A stretch of DNA of 64,000 nt from Eledone cirrhosa. Taxonomy: Eukaryota. Both the position numbers and the translations under genes were made by a program. The stretch spans positions 92,876,001 to 92,940,000 of the forward strand of contig OZ024740.1 of assembly GCA_964016885.1 (NCBI GenBank), in the 5' to 3' direction. Shown here piece by piece: positions 17,694 through 34,720 of the stretch; the first letter of the stretch is position 1, and each line of letters opens with the position of its first letter. The notes below the pieces were generated by a model, which was not told the origin of the DNA, did not search any database, and saw only the letters and a list, made by a program, of their open reading frames with translations.

Positions 17694-18479
17694 TTATTAT
17701 ATAGTTATTGTTCCTGTTGTTTACAGGTAGATAATCCTTAATTTTTGCGATCTATGCTGAAAACCATCTCAGCGTTAAGTATTTCTTTCTTCCAATCAGC
17801 GTGTTTTCATTCACCTTATCCAATTTTTATTTATTTTATATTATCGCGTTTTTAAATGCTTATTCCAAGTATGAATGCAATGAATATGTCACATTTTTAG
17901 ATGCCCTGTTGACAATAGTTTTAAATCAGTGTGAAATAACTCTCAAAGATTGTATGTTGACTGTCTATTAATGACGTGAATATATATGCAAAGAATTTAA
18001 GGATAGTATGTACGTATCTATTTTTTGTTTTCATATTTTCCAATTGATGTATAAAATGTAAATCATATTACCATTCTGCCAGAATTATGCGGAACGATCA
18101 GGTATCCACTTATTTCTTAGAAATAGTTCCATTTATTGCTTTTTTATCTACATATGCTATATTTTCTTAACTTAAATGTATGGTTAAGAAAATAGTATTG
18201 TGAGGTTTAATGGTAGCTGTACCGATATAAAAGTCAATTTTTGACTAGTATTAGACACTGATTTATTTGCTGCTAAAGAATAAATATTTAAAAAATACAG
18301 TAACCTAACAAAATAGAACATTGATTGGTTCTGATGTTAAAAGGTTATCAGCTAAACATTTCAGGAAATGACTGCCACATAAGTTACTCGAAATACATGA
18401 TAAGTAAAATATTTCTATACATCTATCCAATAAACACATGCCCAGTCATAATCATTCACAGACACTCACGCAGGTTCTC

Positions 18480-20604
<2,125 letters not shown>

Positions 20605-20605
<1 letters not shown>

Positions 20606-21170
20606 ACAAAGGAAATGTGGTAAGAAACCAGATGAACCATAACTCACCAGTGTACTCAATACTTAGGGTAGTAGAGTGGGAAATAGGAAAAAGTATGACC
20701 CCGACGGCAGAGCTCAAGCCGTTTCGTCGGCTATTTCTGGACTAAATTAGAATGTTTAGCCTGGTGAATAAATAGCCGAACTTGTCAAGGGGGTACTTCC
20801 TTATATGGGAAGATTGTAGTTGGGAAGACCAACCCCTAAACAAGAAAGACGAACTGGTAACCGCATGCAAACTCAGATTGTGTAGGACTTACCTCGCCCT
20901 CAAACCCCATAATGACTCGGGTGGGTAGACAAGGGCTGATACCCCCTCCCACCCTTGCCGAATAAGTTAGGGGAAACTCCAGCTTACATAAGTAGTTGTA
21001 TCTCTTTTCTTTTCCTCTTTGTCTTCTTCTTCCCCCTGTCTCATCCTATTACTTCCTTTAACTCCCTATTTTCTTCCTCGTCTGTTTTTCCCCTTTCGCC
21101 TACCACAATGCAGCCCATCGGGTCTCTGTAGCATCAGTTCCCCCACGCCTGTAATTTTAAGATAGATTTG
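20605..21170 (-). mobile_element. PLE pLTR/3' UTR-like non-coding fragment carrying a hammerhead
   Basis: 20605-20750 is homologous to 42773-42915; abuts (TA)n; contains the HHR at 20693-20796. Confidence 0.55.
20693..20796 (-). ncRNA. Full type I hammerhead ribozyme with U3-A8 core and extended stem II
   Basis: GTA-C-CCCC TTGACAA G-T-TCGGCTATTT...AAATAGCCGA-C GAAAC-GGC-ttgagctct-GCC-GTC / GGGG-TCA-TAC: all three stems pair; GUC triplet. Confidence 0.75.
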
Positions 21171-21321
21171 GGCTAATACGTTTTACTACTTATAGCAGAC
21201 GAGTTAAACCCATTTAATTATGTATCAGTTTTGTAATTTCTACAAGTTTTTTCTATTCTCAACTTTTTCACATGTAATTGTAAGATAGCATTCTGATTTT
21301 TTTAATTAATTTCTCACTATC

Positions 21322-21367
<46 letters not shown>

Positions 21368-21474
21368 TAAGATATACACACAAAGTCATGTAAAGTGTAA
21401 GGCATTTGACTGAAAGTCAATGGAATCCGGCTCAATCTTTCGCGGCTCAGGCGATGTTCTTGCCTATAATGACT

Positions 21475-22474
21475 TATAGTAAAACACCACCACAACGACG
21501 AAGAAGACGTCACATTTTGTATAAGAGTGTGTATGTGTCTGTGAGTGAGTTTGTGTTTGCAAGTTCGTTACGTACTTTAGACCTCAGAGAATTAAAAGAA
21601 CTCATCACATCTACATATGATCTTCAAACACAGCTATTAGACACACACAGACATCTATACACGTAATAGGTGTGCGTGAATGTATGCCTGTGTGTGTGTA
21701 TGTCTTAGTATATGCATATGAGAGTGCATGTGTGTGTGTGAGTGTATGTGAGAGTGTATGTGTGTGCGAGTGTACGTGTGAGTGAGTGTGATCTTTTTTA
21801 TTTTACTTTTAGGCCTCTGACAATTAAACGCACACATCTACACATACAAGTATTAATGTGATGACAGACAGGTGTGCGTGTATTTATATATGTGTGTTTC
21901 TGTCTTACAATATGTATGTGAGTGTATGTGAGAGTGTATGTATGTATGTGTGTATGCGTGTGTGAGTCTATGCGTGAGTGTATATGTGTGGGATTGTATG
22001 TATGATAATTTTCATTTTCATTTGGATTCAAACAAATTAATATGTATGTGTATGTAAGTGTGGGTGTGAGCGTTCCTTAAGTATGTTATTAAATGCACAC
22101 ACACACATCTACACATATGTAGCGACTGACTAAAAATGAGCTGAAAAGATATGCGTGTGTCTGCGTAAATGGATGTATGTGTGTGTATGTCTTAGTATAT
22201 GTATATGAGAATGTATGTGTGAGTGTGTAGATACAATTTATTGATTTGGACACCAACAAAAAACTACACAATGAATATTTTTTACCCTAAGTTGCTTCAA
22301 GATTGACAGATTTTCACTTCTAAATTCTACTATCATTACAATTAAATTAAAAATAAAAATAAAATACAGATATTTTGAAATAGTTATGAGGAAAAAAAAC
22401 ATATCTTCATGTTTATTGTTTACTAATCTCAATAAGAACAGCAGTGAACGGGCAACACCGGGTAATTCAGCTAG
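21475..22474 (+). mobile_element. Non-autonomous Helitron-like element, copy A (5' boundary uncertain)
   Basis: Ends in a GC-rich imperfect hairpin followed by taattcagCTAG|T; body shared with 27270-28200. Confidence 0.65.
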
Positions 22475-22558
22475 TGTATATATATATACATATATATATA
22501 TATGTGTGGGGGGGGTATATATGTGTATGTGTGTGTGTTTGTGTGTGTGTGTTTTTGC

Positions 22559-22603
<45 letters not shown>

Positions 22604-23117
22604 TGTATGTTTATGTGTGTGTGTGTATGTTCACGTGTGTATAAATGTCTTTGGATGAGTGTAATTACAACCATACAAATGCAAATTAGGTTTTGAAGTA
22701 GGATGTGATTTTACTGGAAGATATGTAAGAGACCTGTTCAGAACATAATCCAATCAAAAATTGTCCAATCCCATTAGTATTACAATATCACAGCGAATAT
22801 ATAGGTATGAATAAAAAATAACAAGGATTTCAATTCAATACATTACTGATTAAATAGGATTATTCATCATTGTTATATTGATTTCTTCAGAATCTGCTTG
22901 TGATTTCATTTATACTTTTCATCACTATGTATTCTTAAATTAGTCAATCGCCTCTATTATGTTTCTGTTACATTATGAGTTTCTTACTAACTTGACCTTC
23001 TAATTATTAATTTATCTATTACAAAATTAAGTTATGTGATTGTTGTATTGCTTTCCTCCAGTTATCTTATTAATTATACAAATATAATTATTATTTATTA
23101 TTAAAATTGTATATTTT

Positions 23118-23219
23118 ACGCCGAGGTTAACTTTGCCTTTCATCCTTACAGGGTCGATAAAATAAAGTACCAGTAATACACTGGGTAATTGGTGGCCTTG
23201 TGCCTACCGTAGAAACAAT
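23118..23219 (+). mobile_element. 5'-truncated SINE copy with TSD
   Basis: cgccgaggttaactttgcctttcatcc...gtagaaacaa; TTATTAAAATTGTATATT on both flanks. Confidence 0.8.
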
Positions 23220-23314
23220 TATTAAAATTGTATATTCTAATTTTAAACTTATAACTTTAATTTGGTGAGTACTCTATGCGTATCAGTTTTAATCTTTTTG
23301 TTCTGTACTTTTAG

Positions 23315-23371
23315 GTGTGATGTTGCAAGAATAGGTTTTGTTCAGTATGATGTGAATAGTCAGCGTCTAAA
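23315..23371 (+). CDS. Candidate internal coding exon of an unidentified host gene (57 nt, phase 2-2; CDVARIGFVQYDVNSQRL)
   Basis: Acceptor ctttttgttctgtacttttag|, donor |gtgagt, length divisible by 3, open frame, non-repetitive context. No homology confirmed. Confidence 0.35.
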
Positions 23372-24671
23372 GTGAGTGTGTTAGTGCATGTGTATTCATA
23401 TGCTTAAGAATGTGGGTATTTTGTTTTATACATTGAACTCTATACGTTAATGTTTATAATGTAAATATGCCGGCAAACGAGAAACAGCTGTTAAAATGTA
23501 TGTTTCCTACGTGTTACATCATTGAATTATTCAGATCTTTATCTGAGGTGAAACTTAACACTATATATAAAATCTTGAAAACTTACGATCTACTATCATT
23601 GGCAGACATAAATCAAGCTGAATTAACTTTACCTTATACAACATTCCTTTTAACATATCATCAATATTACAATATTTTAATTTATCCATCCTCATGTCCA
23701 AACCTGTCGACACTTATAACCACATAAGAGCACCAGAACATACATATTTAATATATATTTGACTGACTCAACTTAAAATTTATTCTTGTATACTATTCTG
23801 GTTAATAATCTCCCGACACCTAAATAATCACTACCAAATTATTCCCTACCTCTCAAATCGAAACGTTATAACTCCAGAATCCTGAAATGTATTAATTTGC
23901 TCAGCGATTTTACCAGGTTAATCAATAAATCAATATATATTTATAGTATTATGTTTCATGGATTATACATATACATTTCCAGGAATATATATATTTTGAA
24001 ATCATTCCACTGAATATCGCAATTTCTAAACCTGCGAACACATTTGTGATTTCTAAAATTGAAATCAAATTATCATTTGAAACATGGTTTAAATCAAAAC
24101 AGTATATGTCACATATAAATAAGCATAACAATGATGGATATATGATAAACATGTATGAATCCAATAGCGATTGCATAGTGATTGCATTGAAAAGATAGAG
24201 TAAATAATACACAAATGTATGCTGTAAATAGCGGAATGTTACAGAAATATAAAATTGATTAGATTTGATTTCTCTTTCGAGAACAGATTTGATTAATATT
24301 TTAAAGCCTTATTTTATATTAACTTCCCAATCATTCAAGAAGCGGCCAAGAGTATCTAATAACTTTTTTTCATTTTGCGTGACATTATTAAATCGAAAGA
24401 ATGTTTGCCTTAACTAGGGTAAATATTTCTAGGATATTCATTTCTATCTCGTGAGAAATACTTTAAAAGAGAGGGGAAAATTCATTTTGAAAGCAATATC
24501 TATCAAATATTTGCAAACCTAGAATAATAAAGGGGAATTCGTATCCAAAATAAAATACTATTACCTTTCGATTCCGATGTTTACACAATCTATATTTCTA
24601 CCTATCAATCTATCTTTCTCAGTCTGTCTCTCTCTCTTTTTTCTCACTATCTCTCTCTCTCACTCTCTCTC

Positions 24672-24707
<36 letters not shown>

Positions 24708-25111
24708 CCTCTATATATATATATATATATATATACAATGATATTAAATAACTGTAAACTACAACTACATTTACCAAGCAGTAAACCTTGCAATTTAGGT
24801 GGCCGTTTGATGTTATTGTCCTCAGCTAGGGGCTACAGTAGGCAGAAACACTACAATTTCATGAGTAAAAAATATTAAACGGAGCACAATGCATATTTGG
24901 TGCAAATTTGAATACAATCGGCCGCAAATTGTAGAAGTTATTGACGTCGATACATTTTAAAATTTAGTATTTCTCACAAAGAGCTCGAATTAGATAAAAA
25001 CTCGAAACATCGATTAATCCATAATATTTTTTCGTACATGATGCATAGTTGTTCCAAATTTGAAATAAATTGGTTGCATAATGTAGCCGTTATAACAATG
25101 CGTATTTTTTT

Positions 25112-26092
<981 letters not shown>

Positions 26093-26251
26093 GACATTTA
26101 AATAAATCTAAGGTAAAAGACGAATTGTCAACAATATCTTTTGCAATTGCATTCTTTTTTCTATGTCCATACCTGCATTGTTTTGGCTTTATTATACATA
26201 TTCAAACGTTTATAGCTCATTACACAATGCTTCAAGTGAACTATAACATCC

Positions 26252-26304
<53 letters not shown>

Positions 26305-26310
<6 letters not shown>

Positions 26311-27095
26311 TATGTACACATACATACATATATGTATACCGACGTACAGTAGTATATATATATATATATACATACATGCACACATATATATATGCACGTA
26401 TGGATTCACCGAACATTTATTATAATGCTCGGTGTGTTCGTAAACAAACATCCCGTATTAAGCCGTAGTGTCTAGCAACCACCGTTAACATGCATAAGGT
26501 AAGTATATACGTTCAACAATCTGGCAGGAAGGTATCTGCATGTATGTATATATATATATATACATACTACTGTACGTCGGTATACATATATGTATGTACG
26601 TGTACATACTTATGTTTAAGTAACAGCCGTACTAAGAGTGGGAAATGAAATATTGTTTCATTTTTTCCGTTTATCGTTTTCGGTGCACCCAGCCGATTAA
26701 CCCACTCGATATGCAAATTGGACTACTCAGCCGTTACTATGCATAAGGTAAGTATATACGTTCAACAATCTGGCAGGAAGGTATACGTTGCTGACGATAG
26801 CTAACAAGCTTGAAACTTGTACAGCGTTCCTTTGTCAGTGTTGAACAAACGAGCAATGGTGGTTGGTAGACACTACGGCTTAATACGGGATGTTTGTTTA
26901 CAAACACACCGAGCATTATAATAAATGTTCGGTGAATCCATACGTGCATATATATATGTGTGCATGTATGTATATATATATATACATACTACTGTACGTC
27001 GGTATACATATATGTATGTACGTGTACATACTTATATTTAAGTTACAGCCGTACTAAGAGTGGGAAATGAAATATCGTTTCATTTTTTCCGTTTA
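26305..27095 (+). mobile_element. Retrozyme-like family A, diverged subfamily, with a 5' inverted segment
   Basis: 26305-26487 is inverted relative to 26855-27035; tactactgtacgtcgg recurs at 26565 and 26987 (period 422); ends ccgttta-(TA)n. Confidence 0.75.
26785..26827 (+). ncRNA. Minimal type I hammerhead ribozyme (family A variant)
   Basis: ACGTTG CTGACGA TAGCTAACAAGCTT GAAA CTTG TA / CAGCGT: stem I G-U becomes U-G with pairing kept; extended AAGG/CCTT helix. Confidence 0.8.
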
Positions 27096-28199
27096 TATAT
27101 ATATACTTATTTGTCTGTCGGTCTGTCTATCCCATACATCCCCTAAACGCTGGACCATATCAAATCAAAGGTTATAGCATTAGAAACCGGGAGTGTCAAT
27201 ATGTTATTTTGATTTTCATTTGGATTAAAACACTATAAGATGTTAACCAAAATAATATTTGTATAGTCAACTATAGTAAACCACCGTGACGACGACGACG
27301 ACGACTCGCATTTTGTGTGAGTGTGTATGTGTCTGTGAATGTGTGTGCGTGTGTGTTTGTGCGTACCTTATGTATGTTAGGCCTCAGAAAATTAAACACG
27401 TACACATCTACATACCTACACATGTGTGTAAGTGTATGTGAGAGTGTAGACGCCACATGTTTTATGTGTATGTGTCTGTCTTAATATATATATTTGAACG
27501 TATGTTAGAGTGTATGTCTGTGAGTGTATGTGTGAGTGTACGTATGTGTGTGTGTATGTGTGTTGACTGACATAACAATATTTCCTTTAGTCTATTATAG
27601 TAAATCACCACATTCACCCCCACCACCACTACGAAGCACCCACATCTACACATACATATACATATGAGATGACAGACAAGTGTGCATGAATGTATGTATG
27701 TGTGTTTCTGTCTAGTATATGTATGTGAGTGAATGTGAGAGTGTGTGTGAGTGTATGAGAGAGTGTATATGTGTGAGTGTATGTTTGCATGTGTGTATGT
27801 GGGAATGTATGTGTTTGTGTGTAGTTGTGAGTATTAGAGTATATGTGTGTGAGTGTACGTGTGATAATTTTAATTTTCATTTGGATTAAAATGTTAGGAC
27901 GTCACATTTTGTATATGAATATGTATGTGTCTATGCGTGTGTGGGTGTTTGTGTGTTCTCTAGGTACGTTATTAAATACATACATGAATTACACAATGAA
28001 TATTGTTTACGTTAAGGGGCTTCAAAATTGACAGATATCCAATTCTGAATTCTATTATCATTTAAATTTTCATATTTTAAAAATAAAATATATATATTTT
28101 AAAATAATTACGAGATAAACAAAACATATCTTCAAATTTATTGTTTACTAATCTGAATAAGAACGGCCGTAACCCAGGGACAGCCGGGTAATTCAGCTA

Positions 28200-28200
<1 letters not shown>
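27096..28200 (+). mobile_element. Non-autonomous Helitron-like element, copy B
   Basis: Starts in (TA)n with gtctgtcggtctgtct...aaacgctggacc; ends cccagggacagccggg-taattcagCTAG|T. Confidence 0.7.
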
Positions 28201-28235
<35 letters not shown>

Positions 28236-28240
<5 letters not shown>

Positions 28241-28482
28241 GTTTGTCCTTCATCAGTGATCTTCCAAGCATCATAGACATTTCATCGCTTTAAAGACCAT
28301 ATACCTCCGGTTGGTGCGAGCAACGGCTTCACCATTTTGTTTGTTTACACTCGCGTCCCCTTTATTTACGTGTCCCAACGACTTTTTTTAGCCGTTGCTC
28401 GCACCAACCGGAGGTATATTGACTTTAAAGCGATGAAATGCCTATGATGGTTGGAAGATCACTGATGAAGGACAAACTTTTT
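28236..28482. repeat. Fold-back inverted repeat (about 90 bp arms) between (TA)n tracts
   Basis: 28236-28327 is the reverse complement of 28391-28482; related sequence at about 17160-17245. Confidence 0.85.
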
Positions 28483-28521
28483 TCATACGTAACCCATTTG
28501 CAACTCCGCAGCGCCCTTATT

Positions 28522-28609
<88 letters not shown>

Positions 28610-29635
28610 ATCTAAACAGAAATAACAACACAATCAGTAAATCAGTACACTACATGGAAGGGATATATTAGGTTAAGGCTTGATATAGCAAGAAGAGAGT
28701 TTTATCGTTTCAGACGCTAGTCCTTCAGCAGTAGAAAGAATGATAAATAAGATAGATTGAGAGGAGGGGCGGGCTGCAATTGGAAGAAATGTCTTTACAT
28801 AAAAATAACAGGTCCATTCATGTTGACATCATGTATGTCTATGTATATATCACTATATACATCCACATACACATAAGAATTTATTAATTTCAGGAATCTT
28901 TGTGTGCTTCTACTTATACTATTTCCCATATTTCCCAGCATATGCGTGCGTGTACGTGTGTTGGTGTATTACATTATTTATTGCAAAATACCGACCTATT
29001 CAAACTTGTATGTAAATGTGAACCGTTATCTTTCTAAATAAAACGTTGTAATGTCCTTGTATGGAATCATCTCTTCATTTACTATTTGCTGTTTTTACAA
29101 ATGTAATAGCACTTATAATAATTTGTATACATTTAATTATTTCATATAAATTAATATATACTTACATCACTCTTTTATATTCTCATTAAATATAATATTG
29201 GCTTTCGTTGAAAATAATTTTTTTTTTTTGTGACATGAAATGAACAAGCTAAATAGGTTCGTGAACCTCAATTGTAAGCAAACGAATCCAAATAAATCCG
29301 GTATGTATTAATTTGTATTTATAATAACATTCCAGAAGCAAATCAAATTCTCAGCAAAGCTGTTTAATTTATACTAACTAGGATTACAACAAAATCCGTT
29401 TCATAAAATTTCTTTAGAAAGGAAACGTATGGTTAATACGTTTTCTAACAAACAATCTAAATTAAATACAGCAACATTTCCATTATCGTAACAGGAATTA
29501 TTTTCTTTTATGGCAATGTTAGGATAAAATGAATATTTATTATACGATGAAATAAATCATTAAGTACTTATCAAATTATATACCTCTATATTGCTTAAAC
29601 GCTAACACCTGCTATATATTTTCAAGAATCAATAA

Positions 29636-29715
<80 letters not shown>

Positions 29716-30000
29716 ATATATAACAATTATTCTCTGTATGGTGAACTAACTGTTGTGTTACCTAATAACTACGTAACTACGTAGATACGTAACTCGTCCC
29801 ATGGACTGAGTGCTCTACCAATACAGATATTATCTTCCAGTGTTCTACCTCTATATACATACAGATATATATATATATAAATATAAAGATTTACATATAC
29901 ACAAACTAGACAAAGTCATCTATATGTTTTTGGCAACCATTCACGATGTAATCAAATGATTCTAAGGACATAATTTATAGTATGTATATATATATATATA

Positions 30001-30053
<53 letters not shown>

Positions 30054-30089
30054 AATTAAAATCCAAAGGCAAGGTAACATTTCCAATAC

Positions 30090-33000
30090 CGTGACCAGTC
30101 ATAACCATGGGAACTCAATGTCTAAAGAAAACGGGTACTGTGTGTAGTGTTGTGTATAGAGAGCGTTATCTGTCTTAACTGAGTGTGCAATACTTCTAGC
30201 TATATCCCAACCGAGATAACTCAGTGGTTAAGCTATCTTAAAGTAATGGTAAATGCGCGTAATCAATCTTGCCTGAGTGTGTAATCCTTTTAACTATTTA
30301 CTTACTAGATAATCTGAGTGTGTAATCATTCTAACTGTTTACCATCATCTAGCTGTTCCCTTGAATGGAATTGGAGATATACAAAAGCGTGGAGACTTAA
30401 TATTGCTAACAAAAATGTATTGGACCGTTTTACACAACCAATAATATACATTACTATATAATAACTTAAAGCTCCTAAATCTGTTCAGCACGTAATGCTG
30501 TTAAGCAAGGAATATGATGGAGAGATTCTCTGTGAAATCTTCGCCTAGGACATCTCTTTGCCTAACATGAAAGAATTCACAAGGTTGGCCATAGGTAAAT
30601 CGGACTCCTTTGTCCGTAGAATGCGTTGGAAGGCCTTCCACTTCGACAGAGCAACACCAACAAAACACCCTAGGGAGGGAATGCGCGGCATCGAGGAAAT
30701 ATTGAAATCCAGAACAAACCCACCGCACAATAAGTACTTGGAAGAATTCAAGACTGAAATGTCTAACATAGTGTCCAACCTTAAGTTTAGGAAACACCCA
30801 CTCAGGAGAAAAAGCTACCTAAGACGACTGAATGGTGATCTAGGAAATTTAAAGAACTTGACCGGCATTTTGGTGCACGCAGATAAAACTAACAACCTGT
30901 ACGATATGGATAGAGTAACCTATGGTGATTTGATAATCAGAGAACTTAGAAAAAGCTACAAAAATACTACACTGGCCAACCTGGATTTAATCAACACTGA
31001 GGCTAATAGCGTCATGACTAATCTGGGTATTGAAGAAAAAACCGAACCCTTCCATCATAGAACTCCGAAGATTTTGTTGAAAGACCACACATTAAACTTG
31101 GAATCATCCAGACCTGTCAGGCTGATAGCCCCTTCGATGTCGGACATAGTAAAAACATGCTTGATAAAATAATCCCCACTCTAGTTAGGAGATCGAGGCT
31201 TAAATTGTGGTCAGGAAGTAGCGAGGTAATTAACTGGTTTGAGAAATCGCAGAATAAGATTAGCACAAAATTTATACAGTTCGATATCTCTAATTACAAC
31301 TCTTCAATCTCTCCAACTGTTTTAGGTAGGGCCCTAAACTTTGCTACCTTACCCCGCCGACCTTACATCTGAAGAAATTAACATTATTCTCCTAGCTAGG
31401 AAAACCTTAATTTAGTTCAACGGTGATTTGTGGACCAGGAAGGATTGGGCGGGCAATTATGACAACCCCATGGGATCCACGGACTCGGCCCAGGTGACGG
31501 ACCTGGTGGGCCTTTACTTCTTCGACTGTTTCGGAGAGGCGCTTACCTTGACGACGTTTTGTTTACTGTGTCGTTCCATAATAATAGCATGGTTGAGAGG
31601 ATGAGGAAAAAACTAAGCAAATGATTCAAGAACATAGACCTAAGTATAGTATTTGAAGAGAACTTAAAGATAGTTAATTTTCTAGATGTTACACATAAAC
31701 TCAATTGAGGCCTATTCCAACCCTACCACAAACCCAACGAGAATTTAAACTATGTCAACGCAAAATCGAACCACCCTAGAATAGTCACTAACTGTATTAC
31801 CAAAAGCGTCTCTATTAGAAATTCAGGACTATCTTCCAATGAAGATACCTTTAATAGGATCTCGAATTACTACAATAGCGCCCTGGAGCGCGCGGGGCAT
31901 ATCGAGGTAATCTCATTCAAACGTCCATTAAATAGTAGTAGCAACATTGCCTGAGATAGCTTAGGCCACAATAGTGACACTTTAGTTAACAGCAGGCGGG
32001 ATTCGAGAGAGTATCAATATAGACTTCATGTTGTATTGCCTCCTAGTCCCAATGTTGATGATACCAATGGAAACAAACGCCCAGGTACTAACACGAGGTC
32101 TGTGCACCGTAATGCCAGCGGAAACACTAATTGTAACCTTATAAGTAGAACTAATAAAACAACCGTTGAACGTAAAATGGAACGAGGGTCGAGTAGAGGG
32201 AATAGGGATAAATGTAGCAGAGGCATAGTGGATATAACCCCGGCTCTCGAGGGTAATTCCAATGGCTGCACGGGGGATACACCGCCCCGGAGACTTGTGA
32301 CGATTCAGAACACAATCGGGACACCCCAGCACACCATCGGCCCCAGGCAGTTTTCAGTTAAAATAGACCAGTAGCTACTAAGGAGACAGGTAACTCTAAT
32401 ATAGTTATTAAAAGCAAGAGGCATCGGATAAGAAAAATCCTGTGGTATAACCCCCCTTAATCCACTGGCCTGACCACTAGTATAGCTAAGCTTTTCTTTA
32501 GGGCATTAGACAAATGCTTCCCTAGATCACACATATACTATAAAAGATTCAATAGGAATACCATCAAGCTGTCCTACTCAACAACCAGTAACATATCTCA
32601 GAATATAGCTAAGATGAATTATAGTAGACTTAGGACAGCCCAAGGGGGAGGAGGACTAGACATATCATTACTAATGGTAGCTCTATGGATGAACGGACTC
32701 ATACACGTGAGGCGAGTCGGGTCACCCCAACCCCTGGGAACTTACCCATAGAGTAGACAAGAACTGGGACCCGACCCCAAAGGTACCGTGGTTCCTCTGG
32801 AACTACCCAAGTCGATAACAGAAAATGTAATTGCAGCAACACCGCCACTTGCCACATGGCTACGAAATGCCTCAGCAAATACATAGTCTACGACTGTAAT
32901 GTCTCTACGCTTGATGGAAACTTCAGGTACGTTGGGGAAACTGCCACTGAATTTAAGGATAGATTGTATAATCACTGCCATACTTTTAATAGATTAGATA

Positions 33001-33652
33001 ACAAAAAATAGAACGGTGCTTTCTGATTTAGTCTGGAAGCTTAAACAACAGAAAATAGAGCACTCCTTATCCTGGTCCATAATTTGCTCAGCCAGCCCTA
33101 TAACGGCAGTACAGGCGTCTGTAATTTATGTATAGCTGAAACATTTAATATTATTAGAGGCGGCCCCCTATTAATCAATAGGAGAGCGGATTTGTTTACA
33201 ATTGCCAGCATAGAAGCTCAAAAACCTTTCGGAGGATTTTTGGAAAGTAACCTACCACTAACCCTCCCTCTCTATTTAGCCATAGAATTCTCACACACTC
33301 AGGTAGTTAGACAGCTAAGATCGTTTGCGCACTTACAAACGGTGCTCAGCCTGTTTCCACAGAGTTCTCACAGCTGAGTGCACTTTAGAATACCTAGTTA
33401 GTAAATAGTTAGAATGATTACACACTCAGATTACCTAGTTAGTAAATAGTTAAAAGGATGACACACTCAGGCAAGACTGATTACGCGCAGTAATCATTAC
33501 TTTAAGATACCCTAACCATTGAGTTCTCTCGTTGGGATATAGCTAGCCGTATTGCACACTCAGTTAAGACCGATTACGCTCTATATACATAACACTACAC
33601 AGAGTACCCGTTTTCTTTAGACATTGAGTTCCGACGGTTATGACTGGTCACG
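30090..33652 (+). mobile_element. Near full-length degenerate Penelope-like element (possibly Naiad-type) with an inverted pLTR at its 5' end
   Basis: RRMRWKAFHF, DKTNNLY, LKDH, RLIAP, FIQFDI, PMGS.DSAQV.DLVGLY, FLDVT, PYHKPN, SNHP, WYNPP, IKLSYS, CNC, YVGETATEFK, CNLCIAE; 30090-30342 is the reverse complement of 33401-33652. The 3' UTR may extend to about 34580. Confidence 0.85.
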
Positions 33653-34581
33653 TTTCTAACGATTGAACATTACACCAGGTTTTGAACCGTGATCATCTAA
33701 CCGTGGAGTGCTCACGGTTACGGATTGGACAATAATACTTACACACCATTAATGAGCCTACACACATCCTCTGGGTTTTGCTATCCTTTGTAATTTTATT
33801 TTACCTTTTGTGTTGTATAACACACCTCCACCACTCAAACACCTGTCTTAAAATCCAAAGGGCCCATATGATGGGACATTGCACTTACTGACACCTTAAC
33901 CCAAGTACCCAACCCTACACGGAGCCCATTGCTTGCCTACATAGCGGTTGCTTGCACGCACATATTTGGAGACTCGGATTCTTAGTGGGACAGCTGTACA
34001 TACTGAGTTCGATATGAGTTGATTGCTTGCTCTTCACATGGATGTGTATATATCTAGACATACACTTTTTTGGACGATACGGATGTGTATATACCATAAT
34101 ATAAATTAGTTCGAGATACGGATGTTACAATTCAATATATACATGTATAGCAGCACACTGAACTGAACTTACTTGCTTGTGTATGGTGTTGCGGTTGACC
34201 CAATATTTCAAATTTACATCGTTAAACTGAGATTTAACCAATGTAACATTTGTTGTTTTGTAAACTAACTTTCGTTGAATACTATGTTGGCATATTCTTA
34301 TATTTAGTAATTTTTCATTGACATCGCTTCGGTGTGTGAGTGTGTGTGTGCACCTACTCACACTAATTGTGATCTACAGATCTGATACTTTGTTGGTATG
34401 TTTATATATATTTTTTCTTTGACCTCGAGTCGGTGTGTGTTGGTGTTGAGTGTATGTGTACCCACTCACATTAATTGTCACCGACTGTAATTCTACAGAT
34501 TGATTGATGTCCAGATTCTTTTGTAGCTATTGGGATATAGAAACTTGATTGTTTTATGACCTTAACTGAAGATGATAGATG

Positions 34582-34703
<122 letters not shown>

Positions 34704-34720
34704 TTATATATACATATAAA

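Noticed and set aside
28432-28475. Possible type II hammerhead (GAAATGCCTA-TGAT..ATCA-CTGATGA-AGGAC)
   Set aside because: Stem II strands do not pair, and the homologue near 17190 has GGAA instead of GAAA.
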